DNA from: Amphiscolops sp. MND2022
Taxonomy: Eukaryota
Assembly (NCBI GenBank): GCA_964187785.1
Contig: OZ076409.1
Location: 2,356,001-2,420,000 of the forward strand
Length of the DNA: 64,000 bases
Direction: 5' to 3'
The translations under genes were made by a program, and so were the position numbers. Position 1 is the first letter of the stretch; every line of letters begins with the position of its first letter. This document shows, in pieces, positions 24,997 through 38,300 of the stretch. Below the pieces are notes generated by a model. That model searched no databases and had not been told where the DNA came from. It saw only the letters and a list, made by a program, of their open reading frames with translations.

Positions 24997-25984
24997 TGTC
25001 ACGATCTTCTCATTAATGTTGAACAGATTGGCACAGTTAGTGTGGTAACCGATCAAAAAGCAGGAAAACATTCGTCATGCAGAAACCTATTTATAGAAGT
25101 GATGTAACTTGCAAACCTAATTTTATACTAAATCAGGTACTATTTTTAGTGATTACATAATTATGATGTAAGCATGACACTCCAAAAATTGGTTGTCATG
25201 ATGCTAAATTTAGCCAAATAAAAGGGGGAGTTAGAAGCCCATAAACAATCATTCAACAAAAAACTTTCAGACCGACCAGACCTTCCTTTCACTCTCTCAA
25301 TCTTTGTTCTAACTTTGAAAACCTAACATTATGTGCATTTTTCTTCAACTTTATTTCAACTCCGTTCTACTTTGCTCATCGGTCTAATTGAAATTCTTCT
25401 CAGCATTTCAACAGCATTTCAACCTGACTGAAATGGGTAACAAGAGAAATAGAAGATCTAGACGAGGACAATCACCCTCACTTGAGAGAGTTGAGCACAT
25501 CTGAAATAGAAACATCACAAGGTAATGAAACTGTTATTGAAACTTTAAGTAGATTTGAAACTGTTAGATCAGTTGGGGACGATGGAGCAGTATTAGATAG
25601 CGGAACGCAGAATGAAAATGAAATGCAAATCTGGACCCAAAGAATATCTGATAAGACAAATAAAGAAGTAGCAAACTTAAGGAAAGAAATTGATGAAAGT
25701 ACTGAAAGAGATGAAAAATAGCACAAGAACACAATCCGTACCAAGCAGGAGATATCAAGAACGAAACACCCCCAGAGCGGGAACCTCGAAACACATAGAT
25801 AACGAAGGCGGTGGAGAAAACGCATCTGAGCCAGAAAATCAGGAAAATGAAATACAGGATAATCCTTTCAGGCCATCTAATATGAATGAACTCAGAACGC
25901 CAATACAACCCCTGAGTATTCAAAACATTGATTTAAATGACTCCGTGGTCATAAATGAGGACCGCACAGGAGAGGATTATCACA
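24997..25984 (+). mobile_element. Probable LTR of an older retroelement, containing the start of a frameshifted gag-like ORF (MGNKRNRRSRR...EDYH)
   Basis: Imperfect inverted termini tgtcacgatc...gattatcaca; the coiled-coil ORF from 25433 ends abruptly at the CA end. Left boundary uncertain. Confidence 0.5.
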
Positions 25985-26338
25985 CATACTTAGAGATTTG
26001 TCTCTACGACTGTTTGGACACTCCAGGAAAAAAATGCCACAATTTTTTGATATTATTGTCCAAAATAGCAGAAATTCACGTTTGGAACAAGCTAAAATCG
26101 TATAAAAAGATCCCTATTTCAACTCAAAATTTCTCCGTGATAAAACTAATGAGCATCTTTTAACTGACAGTCAATGTAAAAAAATAGGATTATGCCGTCA
26201 CCAATTATTTTAATGGACCAAAATTTCAACGCAATTTATGTCGACAAAATGGTATTTGAACCTTCTGTCTTATTTCCCCCCGCCGCAGTTTTTTTTGGGG
26301 GGGGGGGGTAGATGACATGGTCCGTTAACTTCACTCGC

Positions 26339-29300
26339 CTGTTCAAATATCTGCCGGATCTCTCTGCTCTCTCATAGGCCCCTTGAGCCCCTGAGTGACC
26401 TCCTCCTGTAGTAGCCGACCTGTGGGTGATCTCGTCTTCCTCCACACTCTCGTCGTCCAGCGACTCCAACGAGGGCCGAGTGATGATGTCAGAGGGAGTC
26501 GTGTCCGTTCGGAGAGACGAGCCTCTGTTCGGGTTCGTAATCGAAGTCCAACTGCAGGTGACGTCACCGGAACTGCTGATGACGTAATGATACAGAGATT
26601 ATCAAAATTGTTATGTATAGCATTCTATTCAATCAATAGCAAACTCGGCTCCTACACCGGAAAAACCGCAACACAAATTAAGATTTCCTTCCCCATTCAC
26701 AAATAAATGTGTGGGGGGGGAAATAAAAAGTGGGAATTATCTCAAATTGCATGAATTATATTGCATGAAATTTTATTGCAATTGTATTACACCGTTTTTA
26801 ATTTAGATGAACAAAATTTCAAGGTGAATGAATTCACCAATAAAATGTAATCGTTTCATTTACAAGTCCCCGCTGATCGCTGTCAATTTAAATATATTTA
26901 AACTTGGATGAATCTGTGAGTGGCGATAAAACCGAATACACAGCAAAATTTCAAGTTATTTGAATGAATTCCATTTTAGATGAATTAATCATCCAGAATA
27001 TCCTCTTTCAACAGACATTGAGAAAGAAAACCAGAACAATAAGCCTCTGGACTAACTGTCTTTCATTTTATTCAAGTAAATTGCATTTTTATTCAATCAA
27101 ACAATTTGGAATGACTTAGTTTTATAGGGCTTCCGAGTTTTGGAATTGTGATAACATTGATTTATTTTAATTGACATCAATGCAATTAAGAAGCACGAGG
27201 CTCAATTAGGTTGAAATTTTGTTCATCTAAATTAGGAACGGTGTAATAACGGCGGAGCTTTTTGTGCATACAATTGAACAAGATATTTTGAGCCGAGAAT
27301 TCCAAGAACCATCGGAAGATCGCGAAAAAAGAATAAGTTGAGAGGGATATTACAGAAGTCAACGATGAGCGATTTTGTCTCTCGTCGTAATTTAATATAT
27401 ACAAGAGTAAACTCAGCAAAATATATTTTGCTATAAGGGGGAAATAGTGAAAAAGATCCGGGATTCCAATAAAATTATTGAAGAATGATGAGAAAAATTA
27501 GTAGCGCGAATAACGTCTAAAAGTGTTTCGGGAATAACGTCTGAAAGTCAATGTTTTAACATAGGGAATGAGCATGACGTGGCTTTAGACGTTATTCCCG
27601 TTTTCCATTTAGACGTTATTCTCGCTCTCAAGGACAAATACCTTAACTTTTCAGGGCAACAAATGTCACACAACTACACACAACTCCGTTTATGTTTATA
27701 CGGATACTCCCGTTATAGCGATAGAGTTTCACTGTCCCGGCCACGATGCTAGTATATAACGATTTTCGCTTATAACGATATTCGAATATAACGATTAAAA
27801 ACGCCGGTCCCCGGGCAATCGCTATAAGCGGAGTTGAGTGCAGTAAATGTGGTAGTACCGGTGTTAATGAATTATAAACTAGTTATGACTAAGTTATGAT
27901 AATGCGTGCCTGATGTTGTGGTTGGTCATGATGGTAAGACTGTCCATGGTGTTTGTGTTGGTGGTGCAAGACGAGCAGCAGGAGAAGGAGCCGTGTGACG
28001 TCATCGTGGAAGAAGCGGTCGTCTGTGGTTGAGTCAGCTGCTGAAAAGACATGAATTTCCATGTCAACATTCACTAGAAGTAAAAGCACAGAATTCATTT
28101 CGAAATAAATTCAATTATGGCTACAGCAGGATGTCAAAATGCCTCAAAAGCAACAGGGCTGCAAAAACACGATTTGTTGGTTTAAAAAGCTTTAAAAAGT
28201 TTTTAACAAGTTTAAAGCAAACAAGACGGGAACGTCTAAAGTAGGCGCCATATCCAAGGCTCAAAAAGCGCAAAGTTTTTAAAATTGTAAAAGGGGGGAC
28301 TCTTTGGGCTTTTGAAAATCCAGTTTGTTGCAAAATATCAGCAAAAATGAAGGAGCGACCCTTCGGAAACATTAAAAAATTTCGAAAAATTTAAAAATTT
28401 TCAAAAAAAAACGAAAAATGAGAATTTTTAACAGTCTCATAGTGCCAAAAAATGTAAAAGGGAGCCCTTTAGGTTTTTCAACATCCATTCAGTTGCAAAA
28501 CACCAAAAAACATAGGCGCAAAGGAATTTGCGCACGGCTTCGAGCGACAGGTCCCGCAGCCATAATTGACTATCATCATGTGCATTTGAACCATATTACC
28601 AAGTTATTAGCTATGACGAATAGCTAAGGTTATATACGGCACGAGAATGCTCAAAATACAATGAAATTGAAAAGAATTGCGGGTATTAATCCTATGAAGC
28701 TTAACTTTTTCGGCCTTTACCACTATATAAAAGGAAGGGCTGCCCTAGTTATCAATAGGACGGTTGATATGTGCCATCACTAGCAAGTATACTTTCAGTT
28801 CTAAAAATTAGCTGAATTGTGCATCAAACAACCTTCCAGCATCAGTGGGCACCGTTGGAAACGTATTCCAGAGGATGAATAACCTGTTAAAATTTGCGAA
28901 TAGGGCAAAATCACGAAAAGATCCGAAATCATTTTTGTTTTCAACACAACGTAGTTGAATATCATTGCACAGCGAGGTGTGAATATAACTTAGTGTTGTC
29001 TTGATTTAATCGTTGCATATGACATCAAATCTCTCAGGAATATTGCGGTAATGCATAATACCTTCTGTGCAGATATTCACTGGATAGAATACGTTAAGAA
29101 CGGAAATTTCGCGGTTTTACGCTTCAAACAACCACATCATCAATAACTAATCAATCCACGAAAAAACAGGAATTTGAAAAACCGATTTAACATTTGAATA
29201 AGAGATAATCTAATAACAGTCGAACCAAATGCTAATTTTGGACGTTACCTCGTAATGTGCTCATAAACCGGTTTTCTCGTTTCACTATTCCTCACAGAAT

Positions 29301-32300
29301 AGTAGGCCCGCACCTTTAACGACCTGTGGGTGGTTTTCTCGTTTTACTGATTGCGATCCGAGTATTACTCGAAAAGAATCAGAAGGCCCGCACCACGAAC
29401 GACCTTTAATGTATGAAGTTTAATTGTTTGAGAAAAAACCCAAATTTGCGTAGAAAGACGTTCCACAGCGCATTTATCTCGTCTATTCGAGTACTTTCCG
29501 CATGCATCTAATTGCTTCGAGCTTTTCGCCTACAGTCTTAGGACTATATGGTTTGAGCGGAAACGATATGAGATCCCATTGAACCGATAACTAGTAAAAA
29601 TCGGCTCATAAACTATTTCCGGAAGAATTTTCAATCGCAGTTTTTTCGACGGCAAATTCGCGTATCAATGAATTCTTTTATCCAGGCTAATATCACAGTC
29701 CTGAATGACGGTCAGTTCCTACAATGCCGCGGTTCCAAGTGGTTTGATTACAGGAAAGGAGCAAAGTCTACAAAAAAAAATAAAAATTTGCGGTTTTCGT
29801 ATTTCGTTATAAATACGCAACGGTCAAAAATTTCTGGAAAAACTGCTGAAGAACAAAATATTGCTGTTTTTCGAATCGTCTTGAAGCAATCCCTTGTGAG
29901 AAAACGGCCAAAAAATCAAAAATGAACAGAACTATTAACAGAAAAAAGCTTGGAAAAAATTGGGAAAAAACGTAAATTTTCAGAATTTCAATCGCCATTT
30001 TCTCAACCACCAAAAAATGTAGCACATTGAAACTTTAAACATGTGAAAGAAGTCGGATAGGACGTATTTTATGCCGGGTCGACGTTGTTTGTAATGTAGA
30101 AATGAACAAAATTAGTGAAAGCTCCAAAATTTTCGAAAAAAATTATGTTCCAAAAAATTTTCGATATTGAATCGCTATTTTCTCACTGCCCGAAAATCCA
30201 ACAACATTTAAATCTTCACCAACAAATTCAGTTCCAACAATTTGTTGAGTTTTTGGATGGTCTCGAAGTATTAGGCTCCGAGAAAATAGGCCAAAACTTT
30301 TACAAAATTGAATAAAGAGAGCAATTTATCAAAAATTCAAAAAATTTGAAAACTTTTTTGTCTTTATCTGTCCGACGTAAACGTTGTGACTTTCCAATTT
30401 CTAACTTTGGGCAGCTAAGCAGACCTGTTATCGAGTAGAAACACCACTGCTTGGATTAGAACTGATTGCTACTTGAAAATAGGTTGAGAAATTTTTTACG
30501 CAAAAAAACCGAAAATTTTTCCTATTTTTAATGGTCATTTTCGCAAAGCCCAATAATTCTAGGATAAAAAAACTTTCACCAAATTCAAGAAAACATCGTT
30601 TTACGTCGGTTAGTACCTACATCGGGCCAATTCGCTGTGGTTTGCGAAAAGAAAAATAGCAAAATCGACAACAACCCTAAAAATTTTTGAAAATTTCGCG
30701 CTTTCGAAGCTAATAAAATCGCGCCGGTGGAAAATTTTCGGAAAGTTTTTACACGGTTAGAAAGAGCATCAAGTTGCGTTTCTTTTTGGAAAGTTTGGAT
30801 GGTCGCGGAAAAATAGGCTCTGAGAAAATAGCCTTCAATTAATACAAATGCAGAGGGTATGTCACGCGAAAACATAGGCGCAAAGGAATTTGCGCACGGC
30901 TTCGAGCGACAGGTCCAGCAGCCATAATTGACTATCATCATGTGCATTTGAACCATATTACCAAGTTATTAGCTATGACGAATAGCTAAGGTTATATATG
31001 AGAATGCTCAAAATACAATGAAATTGAAAAGAATTGAAAAGGAAAGAATTGGGAAAAAACGTAAATTTTCAGAATTTCAATCGCCATTTTCTCAACCACC
31101 AAAAAATGTAGCACATTGAAATTTTAAACATGTGAAAGAAGTCAGATAGGACGTATTTTATGCCGGGTCGACGTTGTTTGTAATGTAGAAATGAGCAAAA
31201 TTAGTGAAAGCTCCAAAATTTTCGAAAAAAATTATGTTCCAAAAAAATTTTCGATATTGAATCGCTATTTTCTCACTGCCCGAAAATGCAACAACATTTA
31301 AATCTTTACCAACAAATTCAGTTCCAACAATTTGTTGAGTTTTTGGATGGTCTCGAAGTATTAGGCTCCGAGAAAATAGGCCAAAACTTTTACAAAATTG
31401 AATAAAGAGAGCAATTTATCAAAAATTCAAAAATTTGAAAACTTTTTTGTCTCTATCTGTCCGACGTAAACGTTGTGACTTTCCAATTTCTAACTTTGGG
31501 CAGCTAAGCAGACCTGTTATCGAGTAGAAACACCACTGCTTGGATTAGAACTGATTGCTACTTGAAAATAGGTTGAGAAATTTTTTACGCAAAAAAACCG
31601 AAAATTTTTCCTATTTTTAATGGTCATTTTCGCAAAGCCCAATATTTCTAGGATAAAAAACTTTCACCAAATTAAAGAAAACATCGTTTTACGTCGGTTA
31701 GTACCTACATCGGGCCAATTCGCTGTGGTTTGCGAAAAGAAAAATAGCAAAATCGACAAAAACCCTAAAAATTTTCGAAAATTTCGCGCTTTCGAAGCTA
31801 ATAAAATCGCGCCGGTGGAAAATTTTCGGAAAGTTTTTACACGGTTAGAAAGAGCATCAAGTTGCGTTTCTTTTTGGAAAGTTTGGATGGTCGCGGAAAA
31901 ATAGGCTCTGAGAAAATAGCCTTCAATTAATACAAATGCAGAGGGTAAGTCACGCGAAAACATAGGCGCAAAGGAATTTGCGCACGGCTCCGAGCGACAG
32001 GTCCCGCAGCCATAATTGACTATCATCATGTGCATTTGAACCATATTACCAAGTTATTAGCTATGACGAATAGCTAAGGTTATATACGGCACGAGAATGC
32101 TCAAAATACAATGAAATTGAAAAGAATTGCGGGTATTAATCCTATGAAGCTTAACTTTTTCGGCCTTTACCACTATATAAAAGGAAGGGCTGCCCTAGTT
32201 ATCAATAGGACGGTTGATATGTGCCATCACTAGCAAGTATACTTTCAGTTCTAAAAATTAGCTGAATTGTGCATCAAACAACCTTCCAGCATCAGTGGGC

Positions 32301-35300
32301 ACCGTTGGAAACGTATTCCAGAGGATGAATAACCTGTTAAAATTTGCGAATGGGGCAAAATCACGAAAAGATCCGAAATCATTTTTGTTTTCAATACAAC
32401 GTAGTTGAATATCATTGCACAGCTAGGTGTGAATATAACTTAGTGTTGTCTTGATTTAATCGTTGCATATGACCTCAAATCTCTCAGGAATATTGCGGTA
32501 ATGCATAATACCTTCTGTGCAGATATTCACTGGATAGAATACGTTAAGAACGGAAATTTCGCGGTTTTACGCTTCAAACAACCACATCATCAATAACTAA
32601 TCAATCCACGAAAAAACAGGAATTTGAAAAACCGATTTAACATTTGAATAAGAGATAATCTAATAACAGTCGAACCAAATGCTAATTTTGGACGTTACCT
32701 CGTAATGTGCTCATAAACCGGTTTTCTCGTTTCACTATTCCTCACAGAATAGTAGGCCCGCACCTTTAACGACCTGTGGGTGGTTTTCTCGTTTTACTGA
32801 TTGCGATCCGAGTATTACTCGAAAAGAATCAGAAGGCCCGCACCACGAACGACCTTTAATGTATGAAGTTTAATTGTTTGAGAAAAAACCCAAATTTGCG
32901 TAGAAAGACGTTCCACAGCGCATTTATCTCGTCTATTCGAGTACTTTCCGCATGCATCTAATTGCTTCGAGCTTTTCGCCTACAGTCTTAGGACTATATG
33001 GTTTGAGCGGAAATGATATGAGATCCCATTGAACCGATAACTAGTAAAAATCGGCTCATAAACTATTTCCGGAAGAATTTTCAATCGCAGTTTTTTCGAC
33101 GGCAAATTCGCGTATCAATGAATTCTTTTATCCAGGCTAATATCACAGTCCTGAATGACGGTCAGTTCCTACACTGCCGCGGTTACAAGTGGTTTGATTA
33201 CAGGAAAGGAGCAAAGTCTGCAAAAAAAAATAAAAATTTGCGGTTTTCGTATTTCGTTATAAATACGCACCGGCCAAAAATTTCTGGAAAAACTGCTAAA
33301 GAACAAAATATTGCTGTTTTTCGAATCGTCTTGAAGCAATCCCTTGTGAGAAAACGGCCAAAAAATCAAAAATCAACAGAACTATTAACAGAAAAAAGCT
33401 TGGAAAAAATTGGGAAAAAACGTAAATTTTCAGAATTTCAATCACCATTTTCTCAACCACCAAAAAATGTAGCACATTGAAACTTTAAACATGCGAAAGA
33501 AGTCGGATAGGACGTATTTTATGCCGGGTCGACGTTGTTTGTAATGTAGAAATGAGCAAAATTAGTGAAAGCTCCAAAATTTTCGAAAAAAATTATGTTC
33601 CAAAAAAATTTTCGATATTGAATCGCTATTTTCTCACTGCCCGAAAATCCAACAACATTTAAATCTTCACCAACAAATTCAGTTCCAACAATTTGTTGAG
33701 TTTTTGAATGGTCTCGAAGTATTAGGCTCCGAGAAAATAGGCCAAAACTTTTACAAAAATGAATAAAGAGAGCAATTTATCAAAAATTCAAAAAATTTGA
33801 AAACTTTTTTGTCTCTATCTGTCCGACGTAAACGTTGTGACTTTCCAATTTCTAACTTTAGGCAGCTAAGCAGACCTGTTATCGAGTAGAAACACCACTG
33901 CTTGGATTAGAACTGATTGCTACTTGAAAATAGGTTGAGAAAGTTTTTACGCAAAAAAACCGAAAATTTTTCCTATTTTTAATGGTCATTTTCGCAAAGC
34001 CCAATAATTCTAGGATAAAAAAACTTTCACCAAATTAAAGAAAACATCGTTTTACGTCGGTTAGTACCTACATCGGGCCAATTCGCTGTGGTTTGCGAAA
34101 AGAAAAATAGCAAAATCGACAAAAACCCTAAAAATTTTCGAAAATTTCGCGCTTTCGAAGCTAATAAAATCGCGCCGGTGGAAAATTTTCGGAAAGTTTT
34201 TACACGGTTAGAAAGAACATCAAGTTGCGTTTCTTTTTGGAAAGTTTGGATGGTCGCGGAAAAATAGGCTCTGAGAAAATAGCCTTCAATTAATACAAAT
34301 GCAGAGGGTATGTCATGCGAAAAAAAAAAAAAAAACCAAAACGCTAGTAAACGCGGAACAATAGAGACTTCGTCGCTTCGTTTCGCTCGCTCGAAGCCTC
34401 AAAAAAAAAACCAAAACGCTAGTAAACGCGGAACAATAGAGACTTCGTCGCTTCGCTTCGCTCGCTCGAAGCCTCAAAAAAAACCAAAACGCTAGTAAAC
34501 GCGGAACAATAGAGACTTCGTCGCTTCGCTTCGCTCGCTCGAAGCCTCAAAAATAGAAAGGGGGACCCTTTGAAGACTTTAAAAAATATCGAAAAAAGTC
34601 TCATAGCGCCGAAAAATTGGAAGGGGGACCCTTCTGGGTTTTGCATTTCAAGGTAGAGGCCTTTGGATGCGTTCAAAATCAAGTACTGAGCACTTTTGTT
34701 AAAAGTGAATAATTCGCAAAAAGTGGGACATACGAGATGAGTGAATAGTCTAACGAAAAGAAACTGGCCACTGTAATAGTCGGGCTCTTTTCACTAGAAA
34801 AGCGCCGACTAAAAACATCAAAAATTGTTTTCCACATACACTATGGTATCAAAAAGTTACGAACACCAACCATTAGTCATTGCTCTTTTCGCTGAGTTTT
34901 TCTGGCCGGCCTGGAGATTTTCCGCCGCATTAGAGTCCGCTCTCAAAAAGCGCTGACACGCTGTTTGAGTTGTCGATCGAGATTTCAGGCACAACTTTTC
35001 TTGAATTCTTTGTGTGACTATTTTGCAAACAATATTTGAATTTAACGGTTTTCAACAACGTTCAATTCAAGAGTGATTGATTTCACTTCCGGGTAACAAT
35101 GAAAATGAAACATGTTGTAAACCCATTCAAAGCTCTGCTCAAAAGCGGCTGCTCTCAATAGTTTTGGGAAAAAACCTTCAGAGATTTTGAAAAACAAACA
35201 AGACGGGAACGTCTAAAGTCGGCGCTATATCTAAGGCTCAAAAAGCGCAAAACATTTTTTTTGCGAAAAACTTGAAATTTTCAACAAAAAAGTCGCAGAG

Positions 35301-38300
35301 TGCCGAAAAAAAATCGAAAGGGGGGACTCTTTAGTCCCGTCCGGTTTCGTAGGTTACCTTGAAAAAGTAAAATGAAAGGGGGGACCCTTTGCACTAAGTT
35401 TGCCTTGGCCCCTTTGCCGGACTGGGCGCCTGATTGTTTCTAAAAAGTGGACCGATCAGTGTGAGGATTGTAGTCTGAAGAAAAAACAAGCCGGGATCGG
35501 CCCAAGTCGGCGCCATATCTACGGCTCAAAAATACCAAAAGGACTTCAAAATGTCAAAGTATTGGTGATTTGGGGACCCTTTTATGGAAATTTTTTTCGA
35601 AAAAAAGTCTCACAATGCCAAAAAAACTGAAAGGGGGGACCATTTGGGATTTTTCAAAATCCATTCTGTCCAAAAATAACAAAAAATTGAAGGTGGGACC
35701 CTTCGATGAAAACAAGTTTTCGAAAAAAAGTCTCACAGAGCCGAAAATACTCTTTGGCCCCGTTGAGTTTCTTAAATGATATAAAAATACTACTTCGTAA
35801 GCTAAGGATTGTAAGAAATTGAGAAATTGGAAGATTGTAAGAAAAGTGGACCATTCAGAGTGAGATTGTCAGCTGAAAAAAACTACGAACTGTATGTAAT
35901 AGTCGGTCTTTTTTCCTCAAGGGAAAAGGCGCCGACTAAAAACAGTCACTGCTATAGTCGGGCATTTTTCCCTTAAAGGAAAGCGCCGACTAAAAATATA
36001 GGCAGTGTAGGCATTTTCTAAATCATAGACACCCATGGCGTTATAAACTTAAAGACCTCAAACGATTGGGATGAAGCTCGTATAGATTAAAAACTTTGAG
36101 TTTATGAGTTAAAAGTCCGTCTGCCTGATCTCAACCAACAATCTCACCTCCTCGGCAAGATAGGCAGTAATATTTCTGCTTTAGGATACAATAACCATTA
36201 ATGAAAACATACAATGACTTTAAACAAAGTACGGTATCTAACAGCAAAATTAGGAAGAAAGTTAACGCATCATAGTAGTGAAAATTGTCAACTCAAGACA
36301 AAACAAGCCAGGAACCGCCCAAGTCGGCGCCATATATATTCTCTTCTACGGTACCGGACCGGAAAAACCCAAAAGTTGAACCGAATTGGCGCACCAGAGG
36401 GGACAAGTTGAGATTTCTCATCCATTCTATCGCAAATCATCAAAAAAATTGAAGGAGGGGCACTTTTGGTGAAAAAAATTTTTGAAAAAAAGTCTCACAA
36501 TGCGGAAAAAACTGAAAGGAGGGACCCTTTGGGATTTTTCAACATCCGTTCTGTCGAAAAACTCCAAAAAAAGAAGGGGGACCCTTTGGGGAACTTTTTT
36601 TTTCGAAAAAAGTCTCACAGAGCCGAAAAGTACTCAAAGTTTTTCAGATGATGTAAAAAGACGTTGCAAACTTTTGCGCCATCATAAAAGATTTTCAAAA
36701 GTTATGAAAATTGTAAGAAAACTGGACCACTCAGAGTGAGATTGTCAACTGAAAAAAAACTACTCACTGTAAGAGTCGGGCTTTTTTCCTTAAGGGAAAA
36801 GGCGCCGACTAAAAACAGTTATAACAAAAGACGTAGGACCAGGGGTGGGAACAATTGAAGACCGGTGATGTTTTTCGTGTACCTTTTGGGGTACGTTGTT
36901 CATCTTTTTGATGACCTCAACATCTTACTTGTTGACACAATGTCAGATTCTTTGATCTTCGATTTTTGAACAGTGTCACAGTGCCGAAAAATGTAAAAGG
37001 GGAGACCCTTCGGGCTTTGTGAAACTCCAGCTGGTTGCAAAACAAGAAAATTGAAGGGGGGACATTTGGAGGACATGAAAAAATTTCCCAGAATAAAACT
37101 TTTTAATGAGATTTTTGAACAGTGTCACAGTGCCAAAAAATGTAAAAGGGGGACCCTTTGGGATTTTTTGACATCAACTGTGTTGCAAAATATCCGAACA
37201 AATGAAGAGGGGACCCTTTAGTGCAATCAAAAAAGTTTCAAAAAAGTCGCATAGTGCCGAAATAAAATAGGGGGTATGGGAGGGTTATCCTTAGTGTGTT
37301 TTCGAGGTTCTGGAAGTCTGTTTTGTTTTTCCTTTTCGTTTTGGACGAGCTTCTGAGATTCGAGTTTTGAACTTCCGTAGTTCAAGTTGCTGAACAAATG
37401 AACAAAAAAGTGGACCTTACGCCTCCAAAAAAACTACCCACTGTAATAGTCGGGCTCATTTTCTACAAAACTACCCCGACTAGAAATAGACCAATATTGT
37501 TCAATTGGTCTCAGATGGAGAAAGTTTGGACGCTTGTCTTCACGTTTCACAAAATCGATGTTTTCTCCGAAGTTAATCAAGTTTGAACGTCAGTTGCGAA
37601 AAGAGATGATGACAAATCTGGCGAAAAATACAGTTATCACGACCGCCACACTATCAATAAATGGTAAGAGGAGACTTGAGAATGGACTGGTAGAGTTATT
37701 TGTTCATCGTTTGTCCTTTTTCTGCCACGTAAACACGACTCAAACCGTTGTTGGAAACTGCGCATCAAATAATTACTTTTGAGTCAAATTTCTTAGTAGG
37801 GTACTCTTTGGTTGCACGAGGCGTTTGTTCGACATTTGATGAAAAAAAAATCCCGCGTTTGAAGGCATTTTGCATCCAGAAAAAGTGCAATAACTTTCAT
37901 CATCCATTACCAGTGTTTTTCGAGTGCGTTCAGAAATTTCGTTTTTGCCCAAGTTTTCGATGCTTTGGAGTTGATGATCTGGGGCATCAGAATGCAGCGC
38001 TCCCTTGCGGTACTTCATGTGCAGTTTTCTGAGGGTTCAGTTGATTGTCATAGCGAGACGTTGAACTTTTTTTGACCGTTTTCGCCGAGATTTTTCAGTT
38101 TGGTGGTTGAAGTCTATCTCAATTCGGATGTCATTTCGTCGTGATTTTTATTGTGGCCTCCGCTGCCTATTTGACGTGAGTATCTTCATTGATTTCCTCG
38201 AATTTCGTGAGTATATTGTAAATGCAGGTCTTCGAAAACTCGGATTTTTCGAGTGTTTCTTCCTTGTCTTTCTTATCGATTGTTGGATTTTTTCGATGAA

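Larger units (their letters stand above)
4511..25500 (+). repeat. Tandem array of four ~1,316-bp units: 4511-5826; 5827-6482 plus 22194-22855 (interrupted by the Gypsy element); 22856-24170; 24171-25500
   Basis: Near-identical sequence. Junctions read ...gttgagcac-ATC-cctcaacc and share an ATC microhomology between the internal ORF (4511) and the LTR-like segment (25499). Confidence 0.9.

Noticed and set aside
34336..34548. CRISPR-like short palindromic repeat array
   Set aside because: No unique spacers (only A-runs), eukaryotic context, and explained as HINE 5' ends.
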